DNA of 64,000 nucleotides from Erysipelotrichaceae bacterium (GTDB lineage Bacteria; Bacillota_I; Bacilli_A; Erysipelotrichales; Erysipelotrichaceae): assembly GCA_017432545.1 (NCBI GenBank), contig JAFRJA010000045.1, positions 3,198-67,197 on the forward strand, written 5' to 3'. Numbering within the stretch: the stretch's first letter is position 1; every line of letters starts with the position of its first letter. Positions 8,521-16,820 of the stretch are shown in pieces. Under the pieces are notes generated by a model. The model saw only the letters and a program-made list of their open reading frames with translations, was not told the DNA's origin and ran no database searches. Made by a program: the position numbers and the translations under genes.

Positions 8521-8852
8521 AGTTCTTTGAAAATAGAATAGTAAGTGGTACGGACAACATCCCCGCTGCAGGAGAGCCAAACCGGAACATGCGCGATGAC
8601 TCCTATATATAAACAGGAAGAGCGGAAAACATGAATGCCGGAAGATGGAATTGGGTGTTCCATCGGCGAAGATCTGCAGCGAATATAATGATACTCCCCT
8701 ATAGTCATAATCCTGAGCGTTAGAAGCGTCGCACGAATTGAGTAGGGTTGGATGAGAACCATGCAATTGACTGGGTTACCGCGTAGCTGTCTGAAATGGC
8801 AGGGTACGGTTTTCTGGCCTAGTGGGCTTTTCCCGAAAGCCGTCCGGTACAC
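8521..8852. ncRNA. candidate large structured RNA (unclassified; strand unresolved)
   Basis: About 330 bp, clearly GC-richer than its flanks, with no credible ORF. Long-range pairings: GTAC-GGAC (8549-8556) with GTCC-G-GTAC (8842-8850), and CGCTGCAG (8563-8570) with CTGCAGCG (8674-8681). Local hairpins: GATGGAA/TTCCATC, CTGTC/GGCAG, GGCTTT/AAAGCC. Confidence 0.4.
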
Positions 8853-8879
8853 TATAAATAATCCGATTTAGCAAAGTTT

Positions 8880-9587
8880 TTATATATCTAAAGAGGATCG
8901 CCTTTTAGTAACATAATGTTTTTTTAATTCCTGGTTTTTTTTCGCAGATACAGAATCAAAAAGAACATAACTGATATCGACTTTATTGCCCAAATTGCTG
9001 AAGGTTATTCTGCTGATCTTATCGAAGACATGGCGATCATCTTCGCTGTTGTTGTCTAGAACAAAGCGTACTTCGGCAATGCTTTCTTCATCCGGAATAT
9101 TTTCTATGAAAGAAGACTCAGAGTAAATGACTTCTATCAGTCCGCAAATATCATTATTATCTTTAATGGCAGAAACATATTTCTCTTTATGGTAATTACC
9201 GATAAGAACTTTGCCGAACATGGAAGACGGATACCAGAAAGCTCCATCAAAATAGATTTCACGCTTATTATAGCCGATTATACTGATAAAAGGATTTATT
9301 TCTGAACCGTTTACCCATTTGTTAGAAAGATAACGGGCATTTGTTTCGTTGAATTGTTTTGCATTGCTTTTTTCTGTATCGCCGAAAAAGCAATTATAAG
9401 CAGCATCACGGATATCATCTCCTGAAAGATTTACTATTTTTTGAAAAACACCAAACCTCGGCATTTCTGTTCTTCCTTTTTCCAGATTTCTTACCTGAGA
9501 TAAGGAAATATCAAGAAGTTCCGACATTTCTCTTTGAGACAGTTTCAGTTTTTTACGAAGTTTTGTTAAGTATGGTGATATTGACAT
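8880..9587 (-). CDS. XRE-family HTH regulator with uncharacterised C-terminal domain (orf9-like repressor position)
   Basis: N-terminal LKLSQREMSELLDISLSQVRNLEKGRT is an XRE HTH. The gene is divergent from xis-int. Confidence 0.75.
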   Translation of the reverse strand: MSISPYLTKLRKKLKLSQREMSELLDISLSQVRNLEKGRTEMPRFGVFQKIVNLSGDDIRDAAYNCFFGDTEKSNAKQFNETNARYLSNKWVNGSEINPFISIIGYNKREIYFDGAFWYPSSMFGKVLIGNYHKEKYVSAIKDNNDICGLIEVIYSESSFIENIPDEESIAEVRFVLDNNSEDDRHVFDKISRITFSNLGNKVDISYVLFDSVSAKKNQELKKHYVTKRRSSLDI

Positions 9588-9647
9588 TGCTATCCTTCTG
9601 AAATCAATTATATCAATTTAGATATAATTTTACTGTCATGGATTAAT

Positions 9648-9676
9648 TTGACACTCGAATACATGAATGAGATAAT
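9648..9676 (+). promoter_or_regulatory. sigma-A type promoter facing xis-int of element A
   Basis: TTGACA, 17 nt spacer, GATAAT. Confidence 0.5.
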
Positions 9677-9723
9677 TAATACGTTAATAAAAATAAATAA
9701 AATAAAATAGCAAAATTAACACA

Positions 9724-9929
9724 AGTTCTTTGAAAAACAGCCATCATGGCTTATATCGGTAATTGCACACATGGATTCTGTATCAACTGATGCGATCGCA
9801 TTGATCCTTACGGATTGCGGACAAATCAAAATTCAGTCAAAGGAATCGCTACTTGCTCAGGAACAGCGTGCGGCCTAAACAGCACCGGTGAAACTCCGAT
9901 GGCCCCTATAAAGGGACATGCAATTACTT
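9724..9929 (+). ncRNA. long structured 5' leader of xis-int (candidate cis-regulatory RNA)
   Basis: Starts with the same 13-mer AGTTCTTTGAAAA as 8521-8533. Closing stem GTAATTGCA (9759-9767) with TGCAATTAC (9921-9929). Internal palindrome ATGCGATCGCAT. No ORF. Confidence 0.3.
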
Positions 9930-9974
9930 TGTCATCAACAATTAATATACAGTTTATAGAAAGGAATCAGACAT

Positions 9975-10253
9975 ATGAAAAAAATAACCTGGGGTGAAAA
10001 GGTAGATATGATATTGATCTACCCGCACGTCACCATCAGGCAGATCGAGGCTTTATTTGGCATTGGTCAGCCTTCAGCCATGGAACTGCGTGATAAAGCG
10101 CTTAAACTGGCTGAAAAAGAGGGCAGGTGGACAGTGAGCAAGAAAGCTCCGACTGATCTGGTGATTAAGGCGGCTGGCCTAGATTATGACTATTTCAGAA
10201 ATATGGCGATGAAAGAATCTGTAGCAAGATCAGGGAAGAATCAAAGGAACTGA
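9975..10253 (+). CDS. excisionase-like small DNA-binding protein (paralog at 23313-23582)
   Basis: 92 aa, located immediately upstream of the integrase. Clearly homologous to the element B protein (ITWxEKxDMxxxYP...GQPSA...DYDYF). Confidence 0.6.
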   Translation: MKKITWGEKVDMILIYPHVTIRQIEALFGIGQPSAMELRDKALKLAEKEGRWTVSKKAPTDLVIKAAGLDYDYFRNMAMKESVARSGKNQRN

Positions 10254-10256
10254 TCT

Positions 10257-11669
10257 GTGTATAACAGAGTCATCTATGAACTGACTCAAAAGAAAACAAG
10301 TGAATATACTCTGCAGGATAAGCTTACAGAAAAGCAGGAACTTGATAGATACAGGAGAAATCGTGTCCCGATCTATCCTTATGTTTTCAAAAAGGAGATC
10401 TATTTCAGGATCGTATTCAGGAATAAGACGATCAGGGGATTCAGCAACTTTGAAAAAGCGGAAGAAAGCTATCAGAGGCTGTTGAATGGTGAAACAATGG
10501 TCAAAGATGCTCAAAAAGAACTGAAACAGGAAAAGATAAATGCAAATGTTTCTCTTGCAGATGGATTTGAGGTTCTTCTCAAGAAACATGCAGCAGCCTA
10601 TCAAAACGGTGAACTGAAATATTCCGCTTATTCCAAAAAAGACTCCACAATCAGAATTCACATCATTCCTTATTTCAAGGAAAAGCCGATAGCCGAGATC
10701 ACGAAGGGAGATATCGCTAGGTTTGTACATCATATCCGTTCGGAAGAGATATCCGGAAAAACAGGAAAGAAAGGAAAGCAAAAACAGCTGTCTGTTTCTA
10801 TGCAGCATGAAGTACTGATGTATTTCAAAATGCTCTACAAGGAGACGGTGAGATGGTTTGATATCGAAACTTCAATCGACATTGACAGAGAAGTGGAAAT
10901 GCCAAAGATGTCCAAATCACGCAAGCAGTACAACAGAGAGGTATCAGAAAAAATCAACGGAGACTATGAGAAGAATGCAAAGATGATTATGGAGGAACTT
11001 TCCAAACTTGAATATGGGATCTATCATCCGGCATTCGGAATACAGCTATTGATCAGTTGCACCGGTATGAGGATAAATGAAGCAAATGCTCTGAAGCCGT
11101 CAAAATTCGATTATGAAAAAAAGACGCTTTTAATCGACAGGAACATTTCTTGGCATCCTAACAAGAAGAGAACTAAGAAGTCCTATGAAGAAACATCGAC
11201 CAAGACCGATACGGAAAGAACGATACTGCTGCCCGATTCAATAGCGGAATATCTGAAATCGTATATTGATAGATTGAAACAGCTCACTTTCTATTCGGAT
11301 GATATGTACATCTTCTCAAGACTTGGTCTGGCAAGAAATACAAGCATGATTCTTGATCCGTTCTCTCTCAAGTCTTTCGACAATATCTTAAAAAGGATAT
11401 ACAAGGATCTTAATCTTAATCCTGATGAAGAGGATAATAAAAAGGATAAGAACCATCTAGCTAGGCACGCCTTCAATACGTTGCTGAAGAACGAACATAT
11501 CGAGGAGTATGATAGAAAGCTATATCTTGGTCATTCTACCGGTTCGGGCGTCAATGAGGGCTATACCCATGGATCGCCTGAGGAAGAAAGAAGGATCGTC
11601 GAAGCGGCAGAAAGATACTGTAATTACCTTACAGAGGGAATTTCCGAGTTTAAACTGATGAAAAAATAG
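10257..11669 (+). CDS. tyrosine recombinase/integrase of element A
   Basis: C-terminal HLARHAFNTLL ... LGHS ... GYTH (R-H-R-Y catalytic pattern). Paralog of 23587-24987. Confidence 0.85.
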   Translation: MYNRVIYELTQKKTSEYTLQDKLTEKQELDRYRRNRVPIYPYVFKKEIYFRIVFRNKTIRGFSNFEKAEESYQRLLNGETMVKDAQKELKQEKINANVSLADGFEVLLKKHAAAYQNGELKYSAYSKKDSTIRIHIIPYFKEKPIAEITKGDIARFVHHIRSEEISGKTGKKGKQKQLSVSMQHEVLMYFKMLYKETVRWFDIETSIDIDREVEMPKMSKSRKQYNREVSEKINGDYEKNAKMIMEELSKLEYGIYHPAFGIQLLISCTGMRINEANALKPSKFDYEKKTLLIDRNISWHPNKKRTKKSYEETSTKTDTERTILLPDSIAEYLKSYIDRLKQLTFYSDDMYIFSRLGLARNTSMILDPFSLKSFDNILKRIYKDLNLNPDEEDNKKDKNHLARHAFNTLLKNEHIEEYDRKLYLGHSTGSGVNEGYTHGSPEEERRIVEAAERYCNYLTEGISEFKLMKK

Positions 11670-11670
11670 G

Positions 11671-11782
11671 CAATCTTGTCAAAAACTTGTCAGTTTTTTC
11701 CGGACCGGAAATGCAAAAAAGTCAGGAAAAATCGAGGTTTTCCGCACTTTGAAAGAATGCAATCTTGTCAAAATCTTGTCAT
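11671..11782 (+). repeat. arm-type direct repeats of element A (CAATCTTGTCAAAAnCTTGTCA, two copies)
   Basis: Copies at 11671-11693 and 11760-11782, each a tandem CTTGTCA heptad, about 80-190 bp from the att repeat. Confidence 0.55.
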
Positions 11783-11858
11783 TTTTTGCAAAAAACAGGT
11801 TTTCTGCCAAGGTAAAACATTAAAAAAGTGCCCATTTTTAGGCACTTTTGAAGATTTC

Positions 11859-11875
11859 TGGCTGCGGATGAAGGA
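11859..11875. repeat. att direct repeat: duplicated 3' end of tRNA-Gln (junction between elements A and B)
   Basis: TGGCTGCGGATGAAGGA is identical to 25004-25020 (tRNA CCA end, acceptor and T-arm). Confidence 0.85.
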
Positions 11876-12022
11876 GACTCTATAATCCTCTTTCCTTTAT
11901 CTCAGCTTAGAAACGAAATAATCCCATATGTTTATTGCAAGCCTTTAAAATAAGGCTTTTTTGAGATTGATTTCAAAACGTTTGTAAACGTTACTAATCA
12001 ATAAAAAACATACAAAAAAGTC

Positions 12023-12045
12023 AAATCTTGCAGAAATCTTGCAGA
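12023..12045 (+). repeat. arm-type repeat of element B, left end (AAATCTTGCAGAAATCTTGCAGA)
   Basis: Identical 23-mer at 24932-24954, inside the 3' end of the int B coding region. Confidence 0.6.
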
Positions 12046-12064
12046 TTTTTACGAGAAGAATCCT

Positions 12065-12892
12065 ATGGAAAAAGAGAAGAGAGTTAGATCCGGGTCAAAG
12101 AGATACTACTGGATGAGACTGAAAGCGGATTTCTTTGAAAGCCCCGAGATCAGAAAGCTGAGGAAGCTTGCCGGCGGAGACACCTACACCATCATTTATC
12201 TGAAGATGATGCTCAAGACGATCACCAATGGCGGAGTGTTTGTCTATTCGGGGATCGAGGATACTTTCGAAAAGGAAGTGGCCCTGATCATCGATGAGGA
12301 TGAAAACAATGTCATGATGACGATTGCCTACCTTAGGAAGCATAATCTGCTGGAGGAAGGATGTTCAGAGAACGCATATCTTCTGAACGCCGTACCGGAA
12401 CTGATCGGATCGGAGACAGCGGATGCAGAGAGAAAAAGGATCGCACGTTCCATGGATCCTGAAGTGGTCGCTGAGATCGCTGCCAATGATGATGTGGCGG
12501 ACAATGTCCGCCAATTGTCCGAAAATGTCCGCCAATTGTCCGACAGAGAAGAACAGAACAGAATAGAACAGAACAGAAAAGAGATAGATATAGACCAGAA
12601 CAAGAACAGAGTACAGAAAGTGATCGCTGACACCTTTTCAAGTGATCCTGAAGGCTCTGAAGATCTGGCCTGGACTGTCACCAGGAAGATGAATGGCGAG
12701 CAGTACGCTGCATTTTACTCGCTGATGGAGAAGATGAAACGAGGTGAGATCAAAACTTCCAAAGATAATCTTTACCGGTATTTCAATAAGCTGGCTGAAA
12801 GAGACTGGAAAGATTCCAATGGCGTACCTATCAAGGATCTGGTCAAATATGTGCAGACCAATTTTGCCTTGAACGGCAAATCGCTTAACTGA
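12065..12892 (+). CDS. phage/plasmid replisome organizer-like replication protein
   Basis: N-terminus YYWMRLKADFFESPEIRKLRKLAGGDTYTIIYLKMML resembles the phage replisome organizer N-terminal domain. The central part is low-complexity. Confidence 0.6.
   Translation: MEKEKRVRSGSKRYYWMRLKADFFESPEIRKLRKLAGGDTYTIIYLKMMLKTITNGGVFVYSGIEDTFEKEVALIIDEDENNVMMTIAYLRKHNLLEEGCSENAYLLNAVPELIGSETADAERKRIARSMDPEVVAEIAANDDVADNVRQLSENVRQLSDREEQNRIEQNRKEIDIDQNKNRVQKVIADTFSSDPEGSEDLAWTVTRKMNGEQYAAFYSLMEKMKRGEIKTSKDNLYRYFNKLAERDWKDSNGVPIKDLVKYVQTNFALNGKSLN
12497..12620. repeat. iteron-like repeats inside the replication gene (candidate origin)
   Basis: AATGTCCGCCAATTGTCCGA occurs twice (12503-12522 and 12524-12543). 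Palindrome GGCGGACA-A-TGTCCGCC. A run of GAACA pentamers at about 12550-12580 is followed by an AT-rich GAGATAGATATAGA stretch. Confidence 0.45.
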
Positions 12893-12905
12893 GAAAGGAG
12901 AAGAC

Positions 12906-13109
12906 ATGCTAAAGCTCAGAGTTGAAGGAAAAGAAAACGATATACGAAGATACCTTGAGATCATCCACAGTGATGAATCGATCGAGATCAATAGCATATC
13001 AGACTTATACCCTAACAGGAAGAACGTGTATTCAAGATACTATCTGGAGATCGAACTGATCGATCAGGATGGAGGTGAAACAGATGACCAGGATCATCTC
13101 TATCAATAA
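12906..13109 (+). CDS. hypothetical small protein (67 aa)
   Basis: AAAGGAG RBS. No motif recognised. Confidence 0.45.
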   Translation: MLKLRVEGKENDIRRYLEIIHSDESIEINSISDLYPNRKNVYSRYYLEIELIDQDGGETDDQDHLYQ

Positions 13110-13890
13110 CCGTAAAGGCGGAAGCAGCAAGACTACTACCGCCATCAATCTCGCCTATGAATTTGCTAGATCCGGATACAGGACCTTATTGATCGACCTG
13201 GATCCGCAAGGTAATGCATCCTCCAAGTTCGTAGAAGAATACGAGACCGTCTACGGCATTGCTGAAGTTCTGGCTAAGAAGATCGACATCAATTACGCCA
13301 TCCATGAGACTTCTGCTAGCAGCAATCTCTACGTCATTCCTTCAAAGATCGAACTGGATGATGTGGCAGAGTACATGCAGGGAAACTCCCAGATCGCTAT
13401 GCTGTCAAAAGTGCTGAAAGATCTCAAAGATGACTATCAGATCATCGTTCTGGATTCCAATCCTGGTATTCCGATCTTACTGAAGAACTGCGTTTATGCA
13501 GCGGATCTGATCATCATCCCGGTGAATGTAGACAGAAACTCTATCAAGGGAGTAGATCTTACACTCAAGAAGATCAATGAAACGATATTCGACTCGCCAA
13601 GTGAGCTGGATGTCGATTATAGGATCCTGATCTCCATGGTTACCTATTCCTCCGGCGAACCAACAAACATCGCCAAAGGCGTTTTAAAGGCCGTTAAGGA
13701 TGCTTACAAAGACAAGGTCCTGCAAACAACGATCAGGCTGCAATCCAAACCTGCGCAGCTGCAGACCTTTGAGAATGGATACTATGCGACCGACTTTGAC
13801 ACTGGGTACGGTTGTGATTACAGGAAGCTTAAGGAAGAGATCAAAGATCTCATTGAACCGGGCCACTGTCCCACTTTGGAGGCGAATTGA
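13084..13890 (+). CDS. ParA/Soj-family partition ATPase
   Basis: GGAGGTG RBS. Deviant Walker A NRKGGSSKTTT, and DLDPQGN. Confidence 0.85.
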   Translation: MTRIISINNRKGGSSKTTTAINLAYEFARSGYRTLLIDLDPQGNASSKFVEEYETVYGIAEVLAKKIDINYAIHETSASSNLYVIPSKIELDDVAEYMQGNSQIAMLSKVLKDLKDDYQIIVLDSNPGIPILLKNCVYAADLIIIPVNVDRNSIKGVDLTLKKINETIFDSPSELDVDYRILISMVTYSSGEPTNIAKGVLKAVKDAYKDKVLQTTIRLQSKPAQLQTFENGYYATDFDTGYGCDYRKLKEEIKDLIEPGHCPTLEAN

Positions 13891-14648
13891 TGGAAAGACA
13901 GATCTCTTTGATCAATAACGAAGACTTTGATTCCTTGGACAAGTCCAAGAAAAGCAAGATCTACTTCCTGGCCATGCAGGATCTCAAGTCCAATCCCCTG
14001 AACCGGATCTATGAAAAAGAGGATTCAAAGGAGGATCTGGATGAGCTGATCGAGTCCATCAAGGAGACAGGACTTCAACAGCCATTGACCGTATCCAAGT
14101 CAGACGAAGGCTATGTGCTGCTTTCCGGACACAGGAGAATGAAAGCATTGACTCATCTGTTTAAACAGGGAATTGAAGTCAGATACAACGGTCTGATCCT
14201 GGCGGAAGACAATGTGCCGGTGATCATCCAGTATGTATGCAAGACAAAAGAAGAACAGTTTAGGGCACTTGTGGCATCCAACTGTTACAGGCATCTGAGC
14301 AAGGAAACCAACAGGAAGCTCATCGCTGAAGCGATCAAGATTTACAACAAGCAGTTATCCTCTGGAAAGACTGGATCAGGCAGGATCAGGGACAACATCG
14401 CAAAGATCGCCAACGTTTCCGGAAGATCTGTCCAGCGTTATGTAGATTTCGGCAAGAAAGGCGAGCCAGTGAAGATGAAGGAAGAAAAGAAAGAAGCATT
14501 ATCTTCTTCCGAGCAGATCCTGAAGAAGCTGGATTCCATGATCAGAACCATATCTTCGATCGAACTTGATGATTATGGGAACCTGGACAGAAAGATCATC
14601 AGAGAGAAACTGCGGCAGCTGTCATTTCTTCTGTCGGAAAAACAGTGA
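13887..14648 (+). CDS. ParB-like nuclease/partition protein
   Basis: ParB N-terminal box LLSGHRRMKAL. Start overlaps the parA stop. Confidence 0.75.
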   Translation: MMERQISLINNEDFDSLDKSKKSKIYFLAMQDLKSNPLNRIYEKEDSKEDLDELIESIKETGLQQPLTVSKSDEGYVLLSGHRRMKALTHLFKQGIEVRYNGLILAEDNVPVIIQYVCKTKEEQFRALVASNCYRHLSKETNRKLIAEAIKIYNKQLSSGKTGSGRIRDNIAKIANVSGRSVQRYVDFGKKGEPVKMKEEKKEALSSSEQILKKLDSMIRTISSIELDDYGNLDRKIIREKLRQLSFLLSEKQ

Positions 14649-14686
14649 TGTGTTGATATAATGAAAAGTGGAATAATAGGTACTTC

Positions 14687-16180
14687 ATGTTGGATTTCAA
14701 TCAGATAAAAGAACTGATCGCAAAAGGCGAAACCGTTTCCCTGGAATGCAAGGAAGCGTCTTTTGCAATACCAAAATCTGTCTATGAAACCTATTCGTCT
14801 TTAGCCAACACCAATGGGGGTCATATTCTTCTAGGCGTTAAAGAGGACAGGAAAAATCATTCTTTTGAAGTTACCGGAGTCGTCAATGCGGACGAAATGC
14901 TTAAATCGTTCTGGGGAGAGATCAACAACCCAAGAAAAGTCAGCATCAATATCCTTAAGGATGAGAACGTCTATACTGTAACAGAGGAAGGAAAAACCGT
15001 CATCGTGATCAAAGTGCCTCGGGCACGTTTCAACGAGAGACCGGTCTATGTTGGCGAGAATCCTTATTCGGGCACATTCAAGCGCAACAACGAAGGCGAT
15101 TATCATTGCACCATGGATGAGGTCAACTCCATGATCAGAGACAAATCTAGCAATGGCAATGACAGTGTTATTCTCGAAGGTCTAACAATGAATGATATCG
15201 ATAATGACACATTAAGAGGCTACCGCAATTTCTTCAGGACCTATAATGACTCCCATATCTGGAACGGCCTGCCTGATCAGGAGTTTCTTGAAAATCTCGG
15301 CGGTTATGCCAGAGATGAGAAAACAGGTGTTGAAGGTCTGACGGCTGCCGGCTTTCTGATGTTTGGCAAAGGCGTCCGTATCAGAAACAAGTTCGCTCAT
15401 ATCTTTATGGATTATAGAGATGAGAGGAATAAGACTGTCGATGTCAGATGGATCGACCGAATCGTCTATGATGGAACCTGGGAGTGCAATCTCTTCAACT
15501 TCTTCATGAGAGTCGTTCCCAAGCTCACAGCAGATCTGCAGAAACCGTTTCATCTTGAAGGAATCTACCGTGTAGATGACACACCGGTCCATAAGGCTGT
15601 CCGTGAAGCACTGATCAACATGATCATTCATGCGGATTATTTCATTCAGGGGACACTTAAGGTCATCAGAAACAATGACAGTTTCGTCATATCAAATCCC
15701 GGTTCGCTGAAACTGCCTAGAGAACAGATCTATAAAGGTGGTAGCTCGCTTGCAAGAAACCCGAATATGCAGACAATGTTCAGGATGATTGGCTTAGGTG
15801 ACGAAGCAGGCTCCGGTTTTCCGACGATCGTATCCGTCTGGAAAGAAAACGGCTGGATCGAGCCTGATCTTGAGGAAGAATACGAATTGAATCAGGTTGT
15901 ATTGACATTGTCGTTTAAAAAACCGGCGATAAAAAATGGCGATAAAAAAGTGGCGATAAAAAATGGCGATAAAAAAGTGGCGATAAAAACAGTCGAAAAT
16001 AAAAAAGCAATTCTAAGTTTTCTATCAGATGGTTCCTTCAGAAATATCAACGAAATAATGGAGGTGCTTGGTTTAGGCAAGTCTAGAACAAGGGAACTGT
16101 TGGCAGAATTGACCGAGACCGGAGAAATAATCGCCGAAGGATCAAACAAGTACAGAAAATACAGAAGATCAGATTACTGA
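14687..16180 (+). CDS. AlbA_2 (Schlafen-like) / RecG-C-terminal-like ATPase-fold DNA-binding protein with wHTH
   Basis: N-terminus GETVSLECKEA...ANTNGGHILLGV is AlbA_2-like. Central NPGSL...RNP..MF.. pattern. C-terminal winged-helix-like region. Confidence 0.6.
   Translation: MLDFNQIKELIAKGETVSLECKEASFAIPKSVYETYSSLANTNGGHILLGVKEDRKNHSFEVTGVVNADEMLKSFWGEINNPRKVSINILKDENVYTVTEEGKTVIVIKVPRARFNERPVYVGENPYSGTFKRNNEGDYHCTMDEVNSMIRDKSSNGNDSVILEGLTMNDIDNDTLRGYRNFFRTYNDSHIWNGLPDQEFLENLGGYARDEKTGVEGLTAAGFLMFGKGVRIRNKFAHIFMDYRDERNKTVDVRWIDRIVYDGTWECNLFNFFMRVVPKLTADLQKPFHLEGIYRVDDTPVHKAVREALINMIIHADYFIQGTLKVIRNNDSFVISNPGSLKLPREQIYKGGSSLARNPNMQTMFRMIGLGDEAGSGFPTIVSVWKENGWIEPDLEEEYELNQVVLTLSFKKPAIKNGDKKVAIKNGDKKVAIKTVENKKAILSFLSDGSFRNINEIMEVLGLGKSRTRELLAELTETGEIIAEGSNKYRKYRRSDY
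15925..15978 (+). repeat. in-frame 27-bp tandem repeat (KNGDKKVAI, two full units)
   Basis: GCGATAAAAAATGGCGATAAAAAAGTG repeated twice, followed by a partial third unit. Confidence 0.8.
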
Positions 16181-16216
16181 TTCACTTTTGGACTTGATCG
16201 TATACACCTCATTGAT

Positions 16217-16354
16217 AAGCAGGATAAAGGTTTTGTATACACTTGGTGTATACAAAACCACTTGAACAACTCGGCTCTGCCCAGTTTTGCCCTTATTTTA
16301 AGGGCTTTTTCTTTATCTACTGAATTATCGTCTTTGTATACATCGGTGTATACA
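16217..16354 (+). repeat. three-hairpin module, copy 2 (element B)
   Basis: Near-identical to 5574-5712, including the second TGTATACATCGGTGTATACA palindrome. Confidence 0.7.
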
Positions 16355-16430
16355 AAAACACTAAAACGTATACGATCGGTTGAATTACCAAAGCTTGCTA
16401 TGTTGTAATTTCACGATGATATTCAAAAAT

Positions 16431-16571
16431 TTTGTGGTACAGCCTGTACTACAAAAAATGAAATCATGGACAGAGGTAAAAATGGCTTGAAATAAGGAAA
16501 AACCCAGCAGAGCCGGGTTGTTCAGATGGCTTTGTAACACAGATTTGTGGTACAAAGTCTTTATCCTGCTT
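16431..16571 (-). repeat. three-hairpin module, copy 3 (inverted, diverged, stems partly kept by compensatory changes)
   Basis: The reverse complement reads AAGCAGGATAAAGACTTTGTACCACAAATCTGTGTTACAAAGCCATCTGAACAACCCGGCTCTGCTGGG. The first two stems are retained with different sequence. Confidence 0.6.
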
Positions 16572-16820
16572 CGCATATTTGATTGTAAATAGCTATGATT
16601 CTGTCAATTGGTTAAAGGTTCATGACCTGAAAAACATTCTTATCTAATAAATCAAACAGCATCGTTCTTTTCCTTAGATATCAATGATATATAAAGGTCA
16701 AAATGTATTATGTCAAAGAAGGCATTGACATGGATCTGTTGAAAAAACTTTGTGAGCCATCATGATCATTTAAACTGAAAGTTGATTTTCTTTTTAGTGT
16801 ATTTCATCCAAAATAATAGT

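Larger units (their letters stand above)
1..11858 (+). mobile_element. integrative mobilizable element A (right part; left boundary not in the window or not recognised)
   Basis: Coupling protein, CHAP hydrolase, RHH and relaxase, sigma/HTH/XRE module and xis-int, ending at the att repeat. No third copy of the 17-mer lies upstream within the window. Confidence 0.6.

Noticed and set aside
8467-8852. Two overlapping minus-strand ORFs (99 and 123 aa) in the GC-rich block.
   Set aside because: They overlap each other in different frames. They have odd composition (Cys/His/Arg/Pro-rich), no RBS and no motif. The region is better explained as structured non-coding sequence.
9865-9906. Possible c-di-GMP-I (GEMM-I) riboswitch in the xis-int leader, because of GCGGCCTAAAC...CACCGG...CCGATGG.
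   Set aside because: Only a short stretch resembles the Vc2-type aptamer as I recall it. The conserved ACGCAAAGC-type junction and the tetraloop/receptor helix layout are missing. The region needs cmscan, so it is not called.
10230-10808. 192-aa minus-strand ORF.
   Set aside because: It is antisense to the integrase A coding region, which has clear catalytic motifs and a paralog.
11676-11885. 69-aa ORF downstream of int A.
   Set aside because: It is Cys/Lys/Phe-rich and lies exactly over the arm-type repeats, a terminator hairpin and the att repeat, so it is not coding.
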